Notes: generated from the letters alone by a model not told the origin. A stretch of DNA of 64,000 bases from an uncultured Methylophilaceae bacterium (GCA_964549145.1 CAZJUK010000001.1:2700-66699), one strand, 5' to 3'. Counted from the stretch's first letter, positions 21,669 through 31,779 are shown. Made by a program: numbers and translations.

Positions 21669-24574
21669 CTATGACAGAAGATAAAAAGATACCAGCTAAT
21701 AAGGCTGAATTGAAAAAAGAGCCAAAATACAAACTTAACTTGCCCGATACTAGTTTTCCTATGCGCGGCAATCTTGCTAAGCGTGAGCCAGCATGGTTAA
21801 AGCAATGGCAAGATAATAAGTTGTATCATAAAATTCGTGATGCACGTCAAGGTGCAAAAAAATTCATTTTGCATGATGGTCCGCCCTATGCGAATGGTGA
21901 TATTCACATTGGTCATGCGGTTAATAAAATTCTTAAAGATGTGATTGTTAAAGCTAAAACCCTGTCAGGCTATGATGCGCCTTACATTCCAGGTTGGGAT
22001 TGTCACGGCTTGCCGATTGAGTTGGTAGTTGAAAAAAACCATGGTAAAAATATCGATCCAGCTAAATTTCGCGAGCTTTGTCGTGCTTACGCTGCTGAGC
22101 AAGTAGAAAAGCAAAAGAAAGACTTTATTCGCTTAGGCGTATTAGGTGAATGGGAGCAGCCGTATTTAACAATGGATTATAAGACCGAAGCCGACATTAT
22201 GCGTGCTTTGGGCGCTATTCATAAAAATGGTTATCTATATCAAGGTAGCAAGCCTGTGCATTGGTGTGTGGACTGCGGTTCAGCATTGGCAGAGGCTGAA
22301 GTTGAATATGAAGATGTCAACTCGCCAGCGATTGATGTGGGTTTTAAAGTAGTGGACAACATTACATTAAGTAAAGCGTTCAGTACTGAGATTACAAATG
22401 ATGTTTACGCTGTAATCTGGACCACGACACCTTGGACATTGCCTGCTAACCAAGCAGTCAGCGTGCACCCTGAGTTTGATTACGACCTAGTACAAACAAG
22501 CAAAGGTCTACTAATTCTAGCCCACGACCTTGCTAATGCAGTATTAGTCCGTTATGAAGAAGAAAAGACCACTGTTTTAGGGACTTGTAAAGGCGAAGCG
22601 CTAAACGGTTTATCATTACAACACCCATTCGATCAGCGTCAGGTGCCGGTAATTTGTGGTGATCATGTAACAACAGAAGCAGGTACTGGTTTGGTACACA
22701 CAGCCGCCGCACATGGTAATGATGACTGGTTAATCATGCGTGCAAATTACCCAAATGAAAAACCACGTGTGTTGATGGGTGGCGATGGAGTATTCTTTGA
22801 AAGTGATTTAGTCGAGCTTGTGCCGATTCGTGGTCAGAACCGTAAAGAGGCTAACAGGGCTATTTTATGCGCCATGACTGAAAATGGTACCTTGCTTGCA
22901 AGTGCACGCTTAAATCATAGCTTCCCACATTGTTGGCGTCATAAAACCCCGCTTATGCAGCTGGCAACACACCAATGGTTTGTGGGAATGAACTCTACTG
23001 ATGCGAGTGGTACAAGCTTACGAGAACATGCAAATAAAGCGGTAGAAAACACACAGTTCTTTCCCGATTGGGGTCAAGCTCGGCTGGAAGGCATGATTAA
23101 AACACGGCCGGATTGGTGTGTGTCACGTCAGCGTAACTGGGGCGTGCCAATGCCATTCTTTGTGCATAAAGAGACAGGCAAGCCACACCCCGAAACATTG
23201 ACATTGTTAGAAACAGTTTGTCAGCAAGTAGAAAAAGAAGGCGTTGAGGCATGGTTTAGTTTAGATGGTGATGACTTTTTAAAACAATATGCCCCTGAAC
23301 ATGCAGATGCTTATAAAAAAGTAACTGATACATTAGATGTTTGGTTTGATTCGGGAACGACACACCTGTCTGTGTTGAAGCGACGCGAAGCATTACAACG
23401 CGCTTCTGATGATCAGCATAATTTAGCTGATTTATATTTAGAGGGGTCTGATCAACATCGTGGTTGGTTCCAAAGCTCATTGCTAACAGGCTGCGCTATT
23501 GATGGCCAGGCGCCATATGAAGCCTTGCTCACGCATGGTTTTGTGGTGGATGGTACAGGCAAAAAAATGAGTAAGTCAAAGGGTAATGTGGTTGCGCCAC
23601 AAAAAGTAATGGATACCTATGGCGCAGATATTTTACGACTATGGGTTGCATCTACAGACTACTCAGGTGAGTTAACCATTTCTGATGAGATTCTAAAACG
23701 CGTGTCTGATAGTTATCGTAAAATTCGTAATACCTTACGCTTTTTACTAGCGAACGTGGATGATTTTGATGTATCTAAGCATGAAGTTGATTACGAAAAC
23801 TGTCTGGAAATTGATCGCTATGCATTAGGCGTGCTGCATGATTTACATCAAGAATGTCTGGCCGGCTACGACGTATATGAGTTGCATAAAGTTGCGCAGG
23901 CATTACAGCATTTTTGTGCTGAAGATTTAGGAGCGTTTTATTTAGACATTCTCAAAGATCGTTTATATACCAATGCCTCAGGTTCCCATGATAGACGTGC
24001 TGCACAGACTGTATTATTAAAAATCACACAAGTGTTAGCAGGCTTGATGGCACCAATATTAAGTTATACCGCAGAAGAAATATGGCAGACGTTGCTTCCA
24101 GATTCAGGCGATTATGTGATATTGCATAATTGGACAGAGGCTAGTGATGTGATTTCACCCGTTGAATATGCTGAATATGCTGCTACGCTAAAACCAAAAT
24201 GGCAGGTGATTAGAGAAGTACGCGCCCAGGTAGCTAAAGAAATTGAATTGGTCCGGGGTGAAGGTAAAATAGGCTCTTCATTACAAGCAGAATTATCATT
24301 TCATGTAGATGAACCCGCATTTGGTGCGTTAACTAGTTTGGGTGATGATTTGCGTTTTGTCATGATTGCTTCTAGCGCAAAAGTATATAAAGCCGTTGAT
24401 GCTTCAAGCGAGACTGCTTCACAAACTATTTTAGTAAGCCCTAGTCAAGATAAAAAATGTGAACGTTGCTGGCATTACGTTGAAGATATAGGTGAGCATG
24501 CCGAGCACCCAGCCATCTGCGGCCGCTGCGTAAGTAACTTATTTGGGAAAAGCGAGTTGCGAAAATATGCCTAA
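21665..24574 (+). CDS. ileS: isoleucine--tRNA ligase
   Basis: HIGH motif ([12 protein letters not shown]), KMSKS motif (KKMSKSKGN) and a C-terminal Zn-finger (CERCWHY...CGRC). Its start overlaps the ribF stop. Confidence 0.97.
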   Translation: MTMTEDKKIPANKAELKKEPKYKLNLPDTSFPMRGNLAKREPAWLKQWQDNKLYHKIRDARQGAKKFILHDGPPYANGDIHIGHAVNKILKDVIVKAKTLSGYDAPYIPGWDCHGLPIELVVEKNHGKNIDPAKFRELCRAYAAEQVEKQKKDFIRLGVLGEWEQPYLTMDYKTEADIMRALGAIHKNGYLYQGSKPVHWCVDCGSALAEAEVEYEDVNSPAIDVGFKVVDNITLSKAFSTEITNDVYAVIWTTTPWTLPANQAVSVHPEFDYDLVQTSKGLLILAHDLANAVLVRYEEEKTTVLGTCKGEALNGLSLQHPFDQRQVPVICGDHVTTEAGTGLVHTAAAHGNDDWLIMRANYPNEKPRVLMGGDGVFFESDLVELVPIRGQNRKEANRAILCAMTENGTLLASARLNHSFPHCWRHKTPLMQLATHQWFVGMNSTDASGTSLREHANKAVENTQFFPDWGQARLEGMIKTRPDWCVSRQRNWGVPMPFFVHKETGKPHPETLTLLETVCQQVEKEGVEAWFSLDGDDFLKQYAPEHADAYKKVTDTLDVWFDSGTTHLSVLKRREALQRASDDQHNLADLYLEGSDQHRGWFQSSLLTGCAIDGQAPYEALLTHGFVVDGTGKKMSKSKGNVVAPQKVMDTYGADILRLWVASTDYSGELTISDEILKRVSDSYRKIRNTLRFLLANVDDFDVSKHEVDYENCLEIDRYALGVLHDLHQECLAGYDVYELHKVAQALQHFCAEDLGAFYLDILKDRLYTNASGSHDRRAAQTVLLKITQVLAGLMAPILSYTAEEIWQTLLPDSGDYVILHNWTEASDVISPVEYAEYAATLKPKWQVIREVRAQVAKEIELVRGEGKIGSSLQAELSFHVDEPAFGALTSLGDDLRFVMIASSAKVYKAVDASSETASQTILVSPSQDKKCERCWHYVEDIGEHAEHPAICGRCVSNLFGKSELRKYA

Positions 24575-25034
24575 AAGTTTATTTGGTTGGTTGGGTATTA
24601 GTGCAGTCATCGTTGGGTTCGACTTATACACTAAACATTTAATACAAGCCTCATTTTCTTATGGCGATCACGTGGCGATGACTTCGTTTTTTGATTTAGT
24701 GCGTTATCACAATACAGGGGCCGCGTTTAGTTTCCTAGCGGATGCAGGCGGTTGGCAGAAATGGTTTTTTACCATTATTTCTGCTGTTGCTTCAATCGTG
24801 ATTATTTATCTACTAAATAAACATAGTGAAAATAAAATTTTTTGCTTTAGCCTTGCCTTAATACTAGGTGGCGCGATCGGTAATTTATATGACCGTGTCA
24901 CACTAGGCTATGTCGTGGATTTTTTGTTTTTCCATTATCAGGGATTAGGTTGGCCAGCTTTTAACGTAGCTGATAGCGCGATAACACTAGGTGTGGGAGT
25001 CTTATTAGTAGATGGTTTTAAAAACCCAAGTTAA
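24567..25034 (+). CDS. lspA: lipoprotein signal peptidase II
   Basis: Four-TM protein with NTGAAFSF and FNVADSAI motifs. ATG 24567 overlaps the ileS stop. Confidence 0.94.
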   Translation: MPKSLFGWLGISAVIVGFDLYTKHLIQASFSYGDHVAMTSFFDLVRYHNTGAAFSFLADAGGWQKWFFTIISAVASIVIIYLLNKHSENKIFCFSLALILGGAIGNLYDRVTLGYVVDFLFFHYQGLGWPAFNVADSAITLGVGVLLVDGFKNPS

Positions 25035-25092
25035 TCTAGTGATTTTGCTGCTACTTATAATTAAGTATTAGTTAAATATCGGGAATATATAA

Positions 25093-25740
25093 GTGCCAGA
25101 CTGGAAGAAACTCATTGCAGGAAAAGTTTCAATAGCTAAAAAAGGTAATAAGCCAAGTAAATTGAATGATAACGAGCGGGTACCCGCTGGGCAAACTAAA
25201 GTCACAAACTTTCCAGTATTAGATTTGGGAATAAAACCCGAAATAACAAAACAACAATGGCAACTTAAAGTACATGGTCTAGTTGAAAAAGAACTAACCT
25301 TAGACTGGGATGCTTATCAAGACTTAGAGCATGTTTCCAATGTATCAGATTTCCACTGCGTCACCCGTTGGAGTCAGTTGGATATGGACTGGCATGGAGT
25401 GCTTTTACGTGATGTATTAGCATTGGCAACGCCATTGAGCAATGCCAAGTTTGCCACCATACATGGGTCGGATGGCTACACGACAAACTTACCAATAGAA
25501 GCTTTATTAGATGATAATGTCTTAATTGCACATAGCGTTTTGGGAGCGCCTTTAACGCGAGAGCATGGCGGCCCTGTGCGACTTATTGTGCCAAAACGTT
25601 ACGCATGGAAAGGTGCTAAGTGGCTCAAAGGAATAGAGCTACATGAATTTGATAAACGTGGCTTTTGGGAAGTGCGTGGCTACCACAACGACGCCTTCCC
25701 TTTTGAAGAGCAGCGCTTTTCTGAGGACGATGAAATTTAG
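25093..25740 (+). CDS. small sulfite-oxidase-family molybdopterin-binding oxidoreductase, apparently cytoplasmic
   Basis: 215 aa with a GTG start. SUOX-fold motifs (DFHCVTRWS..., HGGPVRLIVPKRYAWKGAKWL). No signal peptide. Confidence 0.75.
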   Translation: MPDWKKLIAGKVSIAKKGNKPSKLNDNERVPAGQTKVTNFPVLDLGIKPEITKQQWQLKVHGLVEKELTLDWDAYQDLEHVSNVSDFHCVTRWSQLDMDWHGVLLRDVLALATPLSNAKFATIHGSDGYTTNLPIEALLDDNVLIAHSVLGAPLTREHGGPVRLIVPKRYAWKGAKWLKGIELHEFDKRGFWEVRGYHNDAFPFEEQRFSEDDEI

Positions 25741-25765
25741 TTAAAGCTTGTAATAACGCGAGTGC

Positions 25766-26716
25766 CTAATGTTGCCGCTTGAAAACCATCTTTGAGATTA
25801 AGGTATATCCGCCTACACAAGTTGCACCAACAATAAACCCTAGAATTCCATCTACTAAAATAGGTAGTATTGTAGCTAATATGCCGTTATTTACAGTTAA
25901 ATTCATCAAATATCCCATAATTGCATCATTTAAATGATGCAAGGCTGGAATGCCATGCTTAATAATGCTGCCACCGACCAAGAACATCGCTAATGTACCT
26001 ACAAAAGTTAGCGAGCGCATGAGTAAGGGTGCAAACGCTAGTAGCTTTTGACCAATATTTCTAACAATATGGGCTGAGCTGTCTTCACCTTTATGTTTCA
26101 TCAAATGCAAGCCAAAATCATCTATTTTTACAATGCCAGCCACTAAACCGTAAATAAAGACCGTGACTAAAATGGCAATACTAGATACCACGCCAACTTT
26201 AGTCAAAAATGGTGAGTTAGCCACGGTACTTAGTGCAATGACGATAATTTCTGCGGATAAGATAAAATCAGTACGAATCGCACCCCTGATTTTATCTTTC
26301 TCTAAGCTCAATAAACTCACAGTCCGGTCAACGATTGACTGCCGTAATTGTTTTTTATGCTCTTTATCTTCTTCCCCATCATGCAAGAACTTATGTGCGA
26401 CCTTTTCGAAGCCTTCAAAGCATAAATAGGCACCACCTAGCATGAGTAAAATAGTGACCATAATCGGTGCAAAGTGACTGATAATGAGTGCTAAAGGGAC
26501 AAGAATTAACTTGTTTAAAAAAGAACCTTTAGCGACGGCCCAAATGACAGGTAGCTCACGATCTGCCGAAACGCCCGATACTTGCTCAGCATTGAGCGCT
26601 AAATCATCCCCGAGTACGCCAGCAGTTTTTTCTGCCGCTACCTTGGTAAGTGTTGCTACATCATCCAATAAGCTGGCGATGTCATCTAAAAGCGCTAATA
26701 AGCTACCTGCCGCCAT
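25766..26716 (-). CDS. DUF808 (YedI-like) inner-membrane protein
   Basis: N-terminus MAAGSLLALLDDIASLLDDVATLTKVAAEKTAGVLGDDLALNAEQ is characteristic of the DUF808 family. Several TM helices. Confidence 0.8.
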   Translation of the reverse strand: MAAGSLLALLDDIASLLDDVATLTKVAAEKTAGVLGDDLALNAEQVSGVSADRELPVIWAVAKGSFLNKLILVPLALIISHFAPIMVTILLMLGGAYLCFEGFEKVAHKFLHDGEEDKEHKKQLRQSIVDRTVSLLSLEKDKIRGAIRTDFILSAEIIVIALSTVANSPFLTKVGVVSSIAILVTVFIYGLVAGIVKIDDFGLHLMKHKGEDSSAHIVRNIGQKLLAFAPLLMRSLTFVGTLAMFLVGGSIIKHGIPALHHLNDAIMGYLMNLTVNNGILATILPILVDGILGFIVGATCVGGYTLISKMVFKRQH

Positions 26717-26781
26717 TGTTTTCTTTTCTTTATTTTCGTTAGGTTATTGGAATTTTACTAGACTAAGGCTAAAATACAGAA

Positions 26782-27213
26782 ATGTTTTTGCGTAGATATC
26801 AAGAATTAATCGCTAAGTTAGCATTATTTGTGGTGCTTTTTGCGTCACTTGCGCCTAGCGTATCTCATGCAGTCGCCCTACACACAGGTAATACCGCTTT
26901 TTCACAAACCATTTGTACGACTAACGGCGATGTAGTAGTGATTGAGGTGTTGACCACCAAGGGTCAGGAAATTAAAACTGAGCTCACTCTGAATCAAACA
27001 GGCTCTGAATCTAATAAACATATTGAAATAAACTTAATTCACTGCCCATTTTGCGCAACAGCAGGTGCTGATTTAAGTGTCGCACAATTAACACCATTTT
27101 ATTTATTTACTTTAGCAAAACAAGCAAAAGCTGCTTTTCTAGAAGCTGATGTACTACCTCAAAAGACTTGCCATCAAACTGCGCATCAAACGCGCGCTCC
27201 ACCTTTACTTTAA
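26782..27213 (+). CDS. DUF2946-family protein with a CxxC motif
   Basis: 143 aa. N-terminal hydrophobic/signal segment ending SVSHA. Conserved HCPFC (nt 27043-27054 encode CPFC). C-terminal ...TRAPPLL is typical of DUF2946. Confidence 0.75.
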   Translation: MFLRRYQELIAKLALFVVLFASLAPSVSHAVALHTGNTAFSQTICTTNGDVVVIEVLTTKGQEIKTELTLNQTGSESNKHIEINLIHCPFCATAGADLSVAQLTPFYLFTLAKQAKAAFLEADVLPQKTCHQTAHQTRAPPLL

Positions 27214-27316
27214 TACCATTCTAAGTTTTTAGCCTATATGCATTTTTGCGCATGTAGTTAACAGTTTTCGTCGTGATTTTGCATGGTGATAATTAGATAT
27301 TTATTGGAGTAACGAC

Positions 27317-27553
27317 ATGATTTATATACAAATTAAAGAACAAATTAAAGCGAAAAAATTGCAATCGGGTCGCAAGATCACTATTGCTGAAATTGCTAGC
27401 GCAACAGACATTAGTCGTATGACCTTATCCCGCATGATTAACAACAAAGGCTACAACACAGTGACTGATCATTTAGATAAGTTATGTGCCTTTTTTGAAT
27501 GTGAGGTTGATGAGTTAGTGAAATATATCCCAACTCAACGTCATAATGCTTAA
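27317..27553 (+). CDS. small XRE-family (YozG/COG3655-like) helix-turn-helix transcriptional regulator
   Basis: 78 aa. HTH ITIAEIASATDISRMTLSRMINNK followed by LDKLCAFFECEVDELVKYIP, matching the pattern of short Cro/C1-type YozG-like regulators. Its stop is 10 nt before the receptor ATG. Confidence 0.75.
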   Translation: MIYIQIKEQIKAKKLQSGRKITIAEIASATDISRMTLSRMINNKGYNTVTDHLDKLCAFFECEVDELVKYIPTQRHNA

Positions 27554-27563
27554 GGAAATAATA

Positions 27564-29873
27564 ATGAATAAGAAACAAGTTTTAGTCGCAGTGCTAGCTG
27601 CGCATAGCTTTAGTTGTAACTTACACGCAGCTGAAGATGTCAGAATCGATTTAGATGAGGTTGAGGTAGTAAGTTCAAGAACCATTGATAGTCGAATTAA
27701 AAAACATCCAGCAACTGTTGAAACATTTGATCGAGAGCAGATTCAGAATAGTGTGAATGCTGTAACTGCAGCGCAGACATTGAAATATTTACCAAGTATT
27801 CAAGTACGTGAGCGCTTTATTGGAGATCGTAACGGTATTATTGCTACACGTACTATTGGTACTTTATCAAGCGCACAGAGCATGCTCTATGCCGATGGCG
27901 TATTGCTTTCAAATTTACTAGGTAATTCTTTTGCTTTCCCTCCACGCTGGGGTATGGTTTCACCCGATGAAATTGAAAGTATCAGTATGATGTATGGCCC
28001 CTTTTCATCCATATATGCAGGAAATTCTTTTGGTGGTGTAATGAGTATTAAGACACGCATGCCAACAAAATTCGAATCGCATGCAAACGTACAAGCGTTT
28101 AGACAAAATTTCGAACTCTACGGAACAGATGAAAGTTATGATGGCCAGCATCTATCAGCATCTTTTGGTAATAAAGTAGGAGATTTCTCGTTTTGGCTCG
28201 GAGCTGATCATCTAGAAAATGAAGGGCATCCAATGAATTTTTCAACTACTGGCGCATCAACCGGCGCCGTAGGTGCTGGCCCAACAGTGACAGGTGCTTT
28301 TGAGGACAAAGATAATAGAAATGAAGAGCGTGTTGTTTTTGGTGCAAATAGTATCGAAGAAACACGTCAAGACCAAATAAAATTTAAAGCAGCTTATGAT
28401 ATTACACCCACATTAAAAGTAAACTATACACTGGGGGTTTGGGACTTTAGTGGCGATAGAAACATTGAGTCTTACATTAAAGATGATGCTGGTAATACTA
28501 TATTCAACGGCCTTGTTAATTATAAAGGTAATGAATATAGAGTTGCTCGACTTGAGCCAGGTAAAAGCGAAAGTTTGCACATCATGCAAGCGCTTGACTT
28601 TCAATCAAATACGGAAGGCTTCTTTGATTGGCAGCTAACCTTGTCAGATTATAATTACCAAAAAGATAGGAGCACTCGCTCACAAGCGCCGAGTAAGGGT
28701 AGTGTGATTGATGGTAATCCTTTTCTTAATCGTGTTGGACGGGTGGATGATTTATCTGGCACTGGTTGGACCGTATTTGACGCACTCGCAACATTAAGAC
28801 CCAAAGCACATGAAATAGACGTGGGTTATCACATTGATGACTATCAGCTAAGAAGTAGAAGAAACGATACGGCTGATTGGTCGGTAGGATCTAAAGAAGG
28901 GCTGATTAATACAACACGTGGACAAACGCAAACTCAAGCGTTATTCGTGCAAGATAAATGGCAGATTAACCCGGACTGGGCCTTGACGACAGGTCTGCGT
29001 GGTGAAAACTGGAAAGCAGATAATGGTCGTTTCCAAACGGCAACAGAAGCGGTGACTTATGCCAAACGATCAGAAACAAGATTTTCACCAAAATTATCGC
29101 TTAGTTACGAGCCACAACCTGCATGGGGTTTTCGTGCTTCTGCAGGGCAGGCTTATCGCTTCCCTACAGTTACAGAGCTTTATCAACCCTTGCAGAATGG
29201 CAATAATTTGGTCGAGAACAACCCTAATTTAAAACCAGAAGAAGTCATTGCCATTGAGTTGACGGCTGAGCGTCGCTTTGACAATGGCATATTGCGCATC
29301 AGCTTATTTAATGAAGAAAAGTATGACGCCTTATTAAGACAAACACTGACTAACGGCAGTGTTATTTCATTTGATACCGGAATTTGTGATAACGGCAGAG
29401 GTTGTACGTTTACACAAAATATTGATCATATACAGACCTATGGGGTAGAGTTTGCCGCAGATTGGCAGGATGCGTTTATTAATGGTTTAGATTTGATGAG
29501 CAGCATTACGCTGACAGATGCAAAAATTAAAGAGAATAAAGCTGCTCCTGATACTGAAGGTAATAAATCATTACGTATTCCAAGCAGTATGGTGAAAATG
29601 GTTGCCACCTACCGTCAAGGCATTAATATTACTTATAGCTTAGCTACCCGGTACAGTGGGCGACAATACGGAACATTAGATAATAGTGATATTAATCGGG
29701 ATACATTTGGTGGTGTGAGTAAGTTTTTTGTCGTTGATATAAAAGCGAATTATAAATTTGCTAAGCAATGGACTGCTTCTGTTGGTATAGATAATTTAAA
29801 TAATTACGAATCTTTTGTATTCCATCCTTATCCTCAACGGACTGGGTATTTGCAAGCAAAATTTGATTATTAG
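27564..29873 (+). CDS. TonB-dependent outer-membrane receptor
   Basis: Signal peptide (MNKKQVLVAVLAAHSFSCNLHA). Plug domain (LDEVEVVSSR..., VRERFIGDRNGIIATR...). 22-strand-type barrel with an aromatic C-terminus (...YLQAKFDY). ATG 27564 is preceded by AAGGA. Confidence 0.9.
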   Translation: MNKKQVLVAVLAAHSFSCNLHAAEDVRIDLDEVEVVSSRTIDSRIKKHPATVETFDREQIQNSVNAVTAAQTLKYLPSIQVRERFIGDRNGIIATRTIGTLSSAQSMLYADGVLLSNLLGNSFAFPPRWGMVSPDEIESISMMYGPFSSIYAGNSFGGVMSIKTRMPTKFESHANVQAFRQNFELYGTDESYDGQHLSASFGNKVGDFSFWLGADHLENEGHPMNFSTTGASTGAVGAGPTVTGAFEDKDNRNEERVVFGANSIEETRQDQIKFKAAYDITPTLKVNYTLGVWDFSGDRNIESYIKDDAGNTIFNGLVNYKGNEYRVARLEPGKSESLHIMQALDFQSNTEGFFDWQLTLSDYNYQKDRSTRSQAPSKGSVIDGNPFLNRVGRVDDLSGTGWTVFDALATLRPKAHEIDVGYHIDDYQLRSRRNDTADWSVGSKEGLINTTRGQTQTQALFVQDKWQINPDWALTTGLRGENWKADNGRFQTATEAVTYAKRSETRFSPKLSLSYEPQPAWGFRASAGQAYRFPTVTELYQPLQNGNNLVENNPNLKPEEVIAIELTAERRFDNGILRISLFNEEKYDALLRQTLTNGSVISFDTGICDNGRGCTFTQNIDHIQTYGVEFAADWQDAFINGLDLMSSITLTDAKIKENKAAPDTEGNKSLRIPSSMVKMVATYRQGINITYSLATRYSGRQYGTLDNSDINRDTFGGVSKFFVVDIKANYKFAKQWTASVGIDNLNNYESFVFHPYPQRTGYLQAKFDY

Positions 29874-29966
29874 TTTAATGTCAGTTAGTTTCATTAATAG
29901 TGCAGGTGCATAAAGTTTGTGCCTGAACGTTATAAGTTGTTAATTAAAACGGAGTAGATAAAAGTA

Positions 29967-31145
29967 ATGAGAAGCTTAATATTGGTTTTCAGTATGCTAA
30001 TCGGCGGGTTTGTTGGTAATACTTTTGCACATGAGGCACATACTAAAAATAGTGCTAACAAGTTGGCTATTAGCATGGCCTTTGATCAGCAAGGTCTGTT
30101 ATGGCGTGCGAGAGTGCGTGATGGCATAATTTTTGTGGATAAGAGTACCGATAAAGGCACCACATTCTCTAAGCCAACTAAAGTGAATGCAAAACCTCAG
30201 AAAATAGCAGCAAAAGGGGAAGCGCGGCCTAAAATTGCCATTGCCCCACATGGCAATATATACCTTACTTGGACCCAAGGATTAACTAAGCGTTTTACAG
30301 GCTATATATGGTTTTCGCGTTCTATAGATGGTGGGAAAAGTTTTGAGAAACCCAAAATTGTCCATCAAGACAGAGCTGAAATTACGCATCGCTTTGATGC
30401 GTTAAACGTTGCCAAAGATGGAAAAATAACGATTGCTTGGGTTGATAAACGAGATCTAGAAGCGGCTAAAAAAGTGGGTAGAAAGTACACTGGTGCTGCG
30501 ATTTATTATGCGACATCAAATAATGCGGGTAAAAGTTTTGCTATAGAGAAAAAGCTAGCAGATTATTCATGTGAATGTTGCCGTATTGCAATAACAAACA
30601 AGCCTGATGGCACTCCTGTGGCAATGTGGCGGCATGTTTTTCCTGGCAGTGAAAGAGATCATGCAATTGCTGAAATTAATAATCAACGAGCAAAAATTAT
30701 TAGAGCTAGTTATGGGCACTGGAAATTGGATGGTTGCCCACATCATGGTGCTGCTCTGACTTATGGCGAGGGTTTTGGCTATCATATGGCTTATTTTGAT
30801 GGGGCAGGCGAAACCCCAAGCTTAAAGTACGCCCGCATGGATGGTGAGGCTTGGGTATCATCGCCACCAAAAAGATTTGGCAATATGCAACACTTGGCCG
30901 GCCATCCCGCAATACTGAGCGCTGGTGAAAATGTTTATCTAGTATGGCAGGAGCGCAATGCTGGCAAGCCTGAAATTCATGGCATGCAATCTTATGATGG
31001 TGGAAGAAGCTGGACTGATGTTCAATTAATTGTAAGCAAAAGTGGTAAATTAGATTACCCAGAACTAAATTCGCATAAAAATACAGTGTACTTGACAGTT
31101 AATTCTGAGTTAGAAGGATTGAAAGTTATAGAAATATCAAAATAA
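29967..31145 (+). CDS. secreted Asp-box (BNR) beta-propeller / sialidase-like protein
   Basis: 392 aa. Signal peptide predicted to cleave after NTFA. Four Asp-box-like motifs (STDKGTTF, SIDGGKSF, SNNAGKSF, SYDGGRSW). Cys/His clusters YSCECCR and DGCPHHG. Confidence 0.75.
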   Translation: MRSLILVFSMLIGGFVGNTFAHEAHTKNSANKLAISMAFDQQGLLWRARVRDGIIFVDKSTDKGTTFSKPTKVNAKPQKIAAKGEARPKIAIAPHGNIYLTWTQGLTKRFTGYIWFSRSIDGGKSFEKPKIVHQDRAEITHRFDALNVAKDGKITIAWVDKRDLEAAKKVGRKYTGAAIYYATSNNAGKSFAIEKKLADYSCECCRIAITNKPDGTPVAMWRHVFPGSERDHAIAEINNQRAKIIRASYGHWKLDGCPHHGAALTYGEGFGYHMAYFDGAGETPSLKYARMDGEAWVSSPPKRFGNMQHLAGHPAILSAGENVYLVWQERNAGKPEIHGMQSYDGGRSWTDVQLIVSKSGKLDYPELNSHKNTVYLTVNSELEGLKVIEISK

Positions 31146-31219
31146 TGTTGCCTAACGCAGAGTATATGACACGTTTTACCTCATATTTTTAAAAATATGC
31201 CGTATATATTCATTATCGT

Positions 31220-31727
31220 TAAATCAAAATAATTATACATATCCCACCGATTATTATTGATATTGAAGCCTCTGGTTTTGGCTCTGGCAGTTACCCAATT
31301 GAAATTGGCTATGTAAAAGATGAGGGTGATGCTTGGTGCTCACTGATTAAGCCAGAAAAAGAATGGTAACATTGGGATGACAATGCGGCAGTATTGCATA
31401 ATATTGCTTGTCAAGACCTGCTAGAGTTTGGTAGAAATGCGCTAAGTATTTCCAATCAGCTGAACGAATTTTTTTTTAGGCAATACTATCTACTGCGATG
31501 ATTACACGTGATTGAGTTGTTTGTTTGATAGCGCAAATGTCTCGCTATATTATAAATTAGAAGATATACGCAAAATATTGACATCAAATTAAGAAGCGAT
31601 ATGGCATGATACCAAGCAGAAGTTGTTAGAATTGAGCTCACAAAAACGTCATCGCGCAAGCTTAGATGCAAAGCTAATACAAACCGCTTGGCTAAAAACT
31701 GCAGAATCTGGGTTATTAATATCCTAA
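31220..31727 (+). pseudogene. decayed DEDDh-type 3'-5' exonuclease gene
   Basis: Own translation: IPPIIIDIEASGFGSGSYPIEIGYVKDEGDAWCSLIKPEKEW*HWDDNAAVLHNIACQDLLEFGRNALSISNQLNEFF, then a frameshift in the T9 run at 31469-31477, then GNTIYCDDYT*LSCLFDSA...LTSN*EAIWHDTKQKLLELSSQKRHRASLDAKLIQ. Exo I (DIEASG), Exo II-like and Exo III (HRASLDA) motifs are recognisable. There are three in-frame stops, one frameshift and no obvious start. Confidence 0.75.
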
Positions 31728-31750
31728 TCATTTTAGCCTTGGATAAGGCT

Positions 31751-31779
31751 ATTGAATATTCTTAAAACAACCTCATTAT
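31751..31779 (+). promoter_or_regulatory. candidate sigma32 (heat-shock) promoter of clpB
   Basis: ATTGAAT (31751-31757), then 14 nt between TTGAA (ending 31756) and CCTCATTAT (31771-31779). Resembles CTTGAA-N13-15-CCCCATNT. clpB is a classical RpoH regulon member. Confidence 0.4.

Noticed and set aside
29900-29930. Imperfect hairpin (AGGTGCA-N7-TGTGCCT) between the TBDR and the BNR gene, considered as a terminator or attenuator.
   Set aside because: It needs two G-U pairs and has no following U-tract. The two genes are more likely co-transcribed.
31486-31731. 81-aa reverse-strand ORF in the gap upstream of clpB.
   Set aside because: The same DNA on the forward strand carries recognisable DEDDh exonuclease motifs (pseudogene). 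The reverse ORF is Ile/Leu-rich with no features and is most likely spurious.
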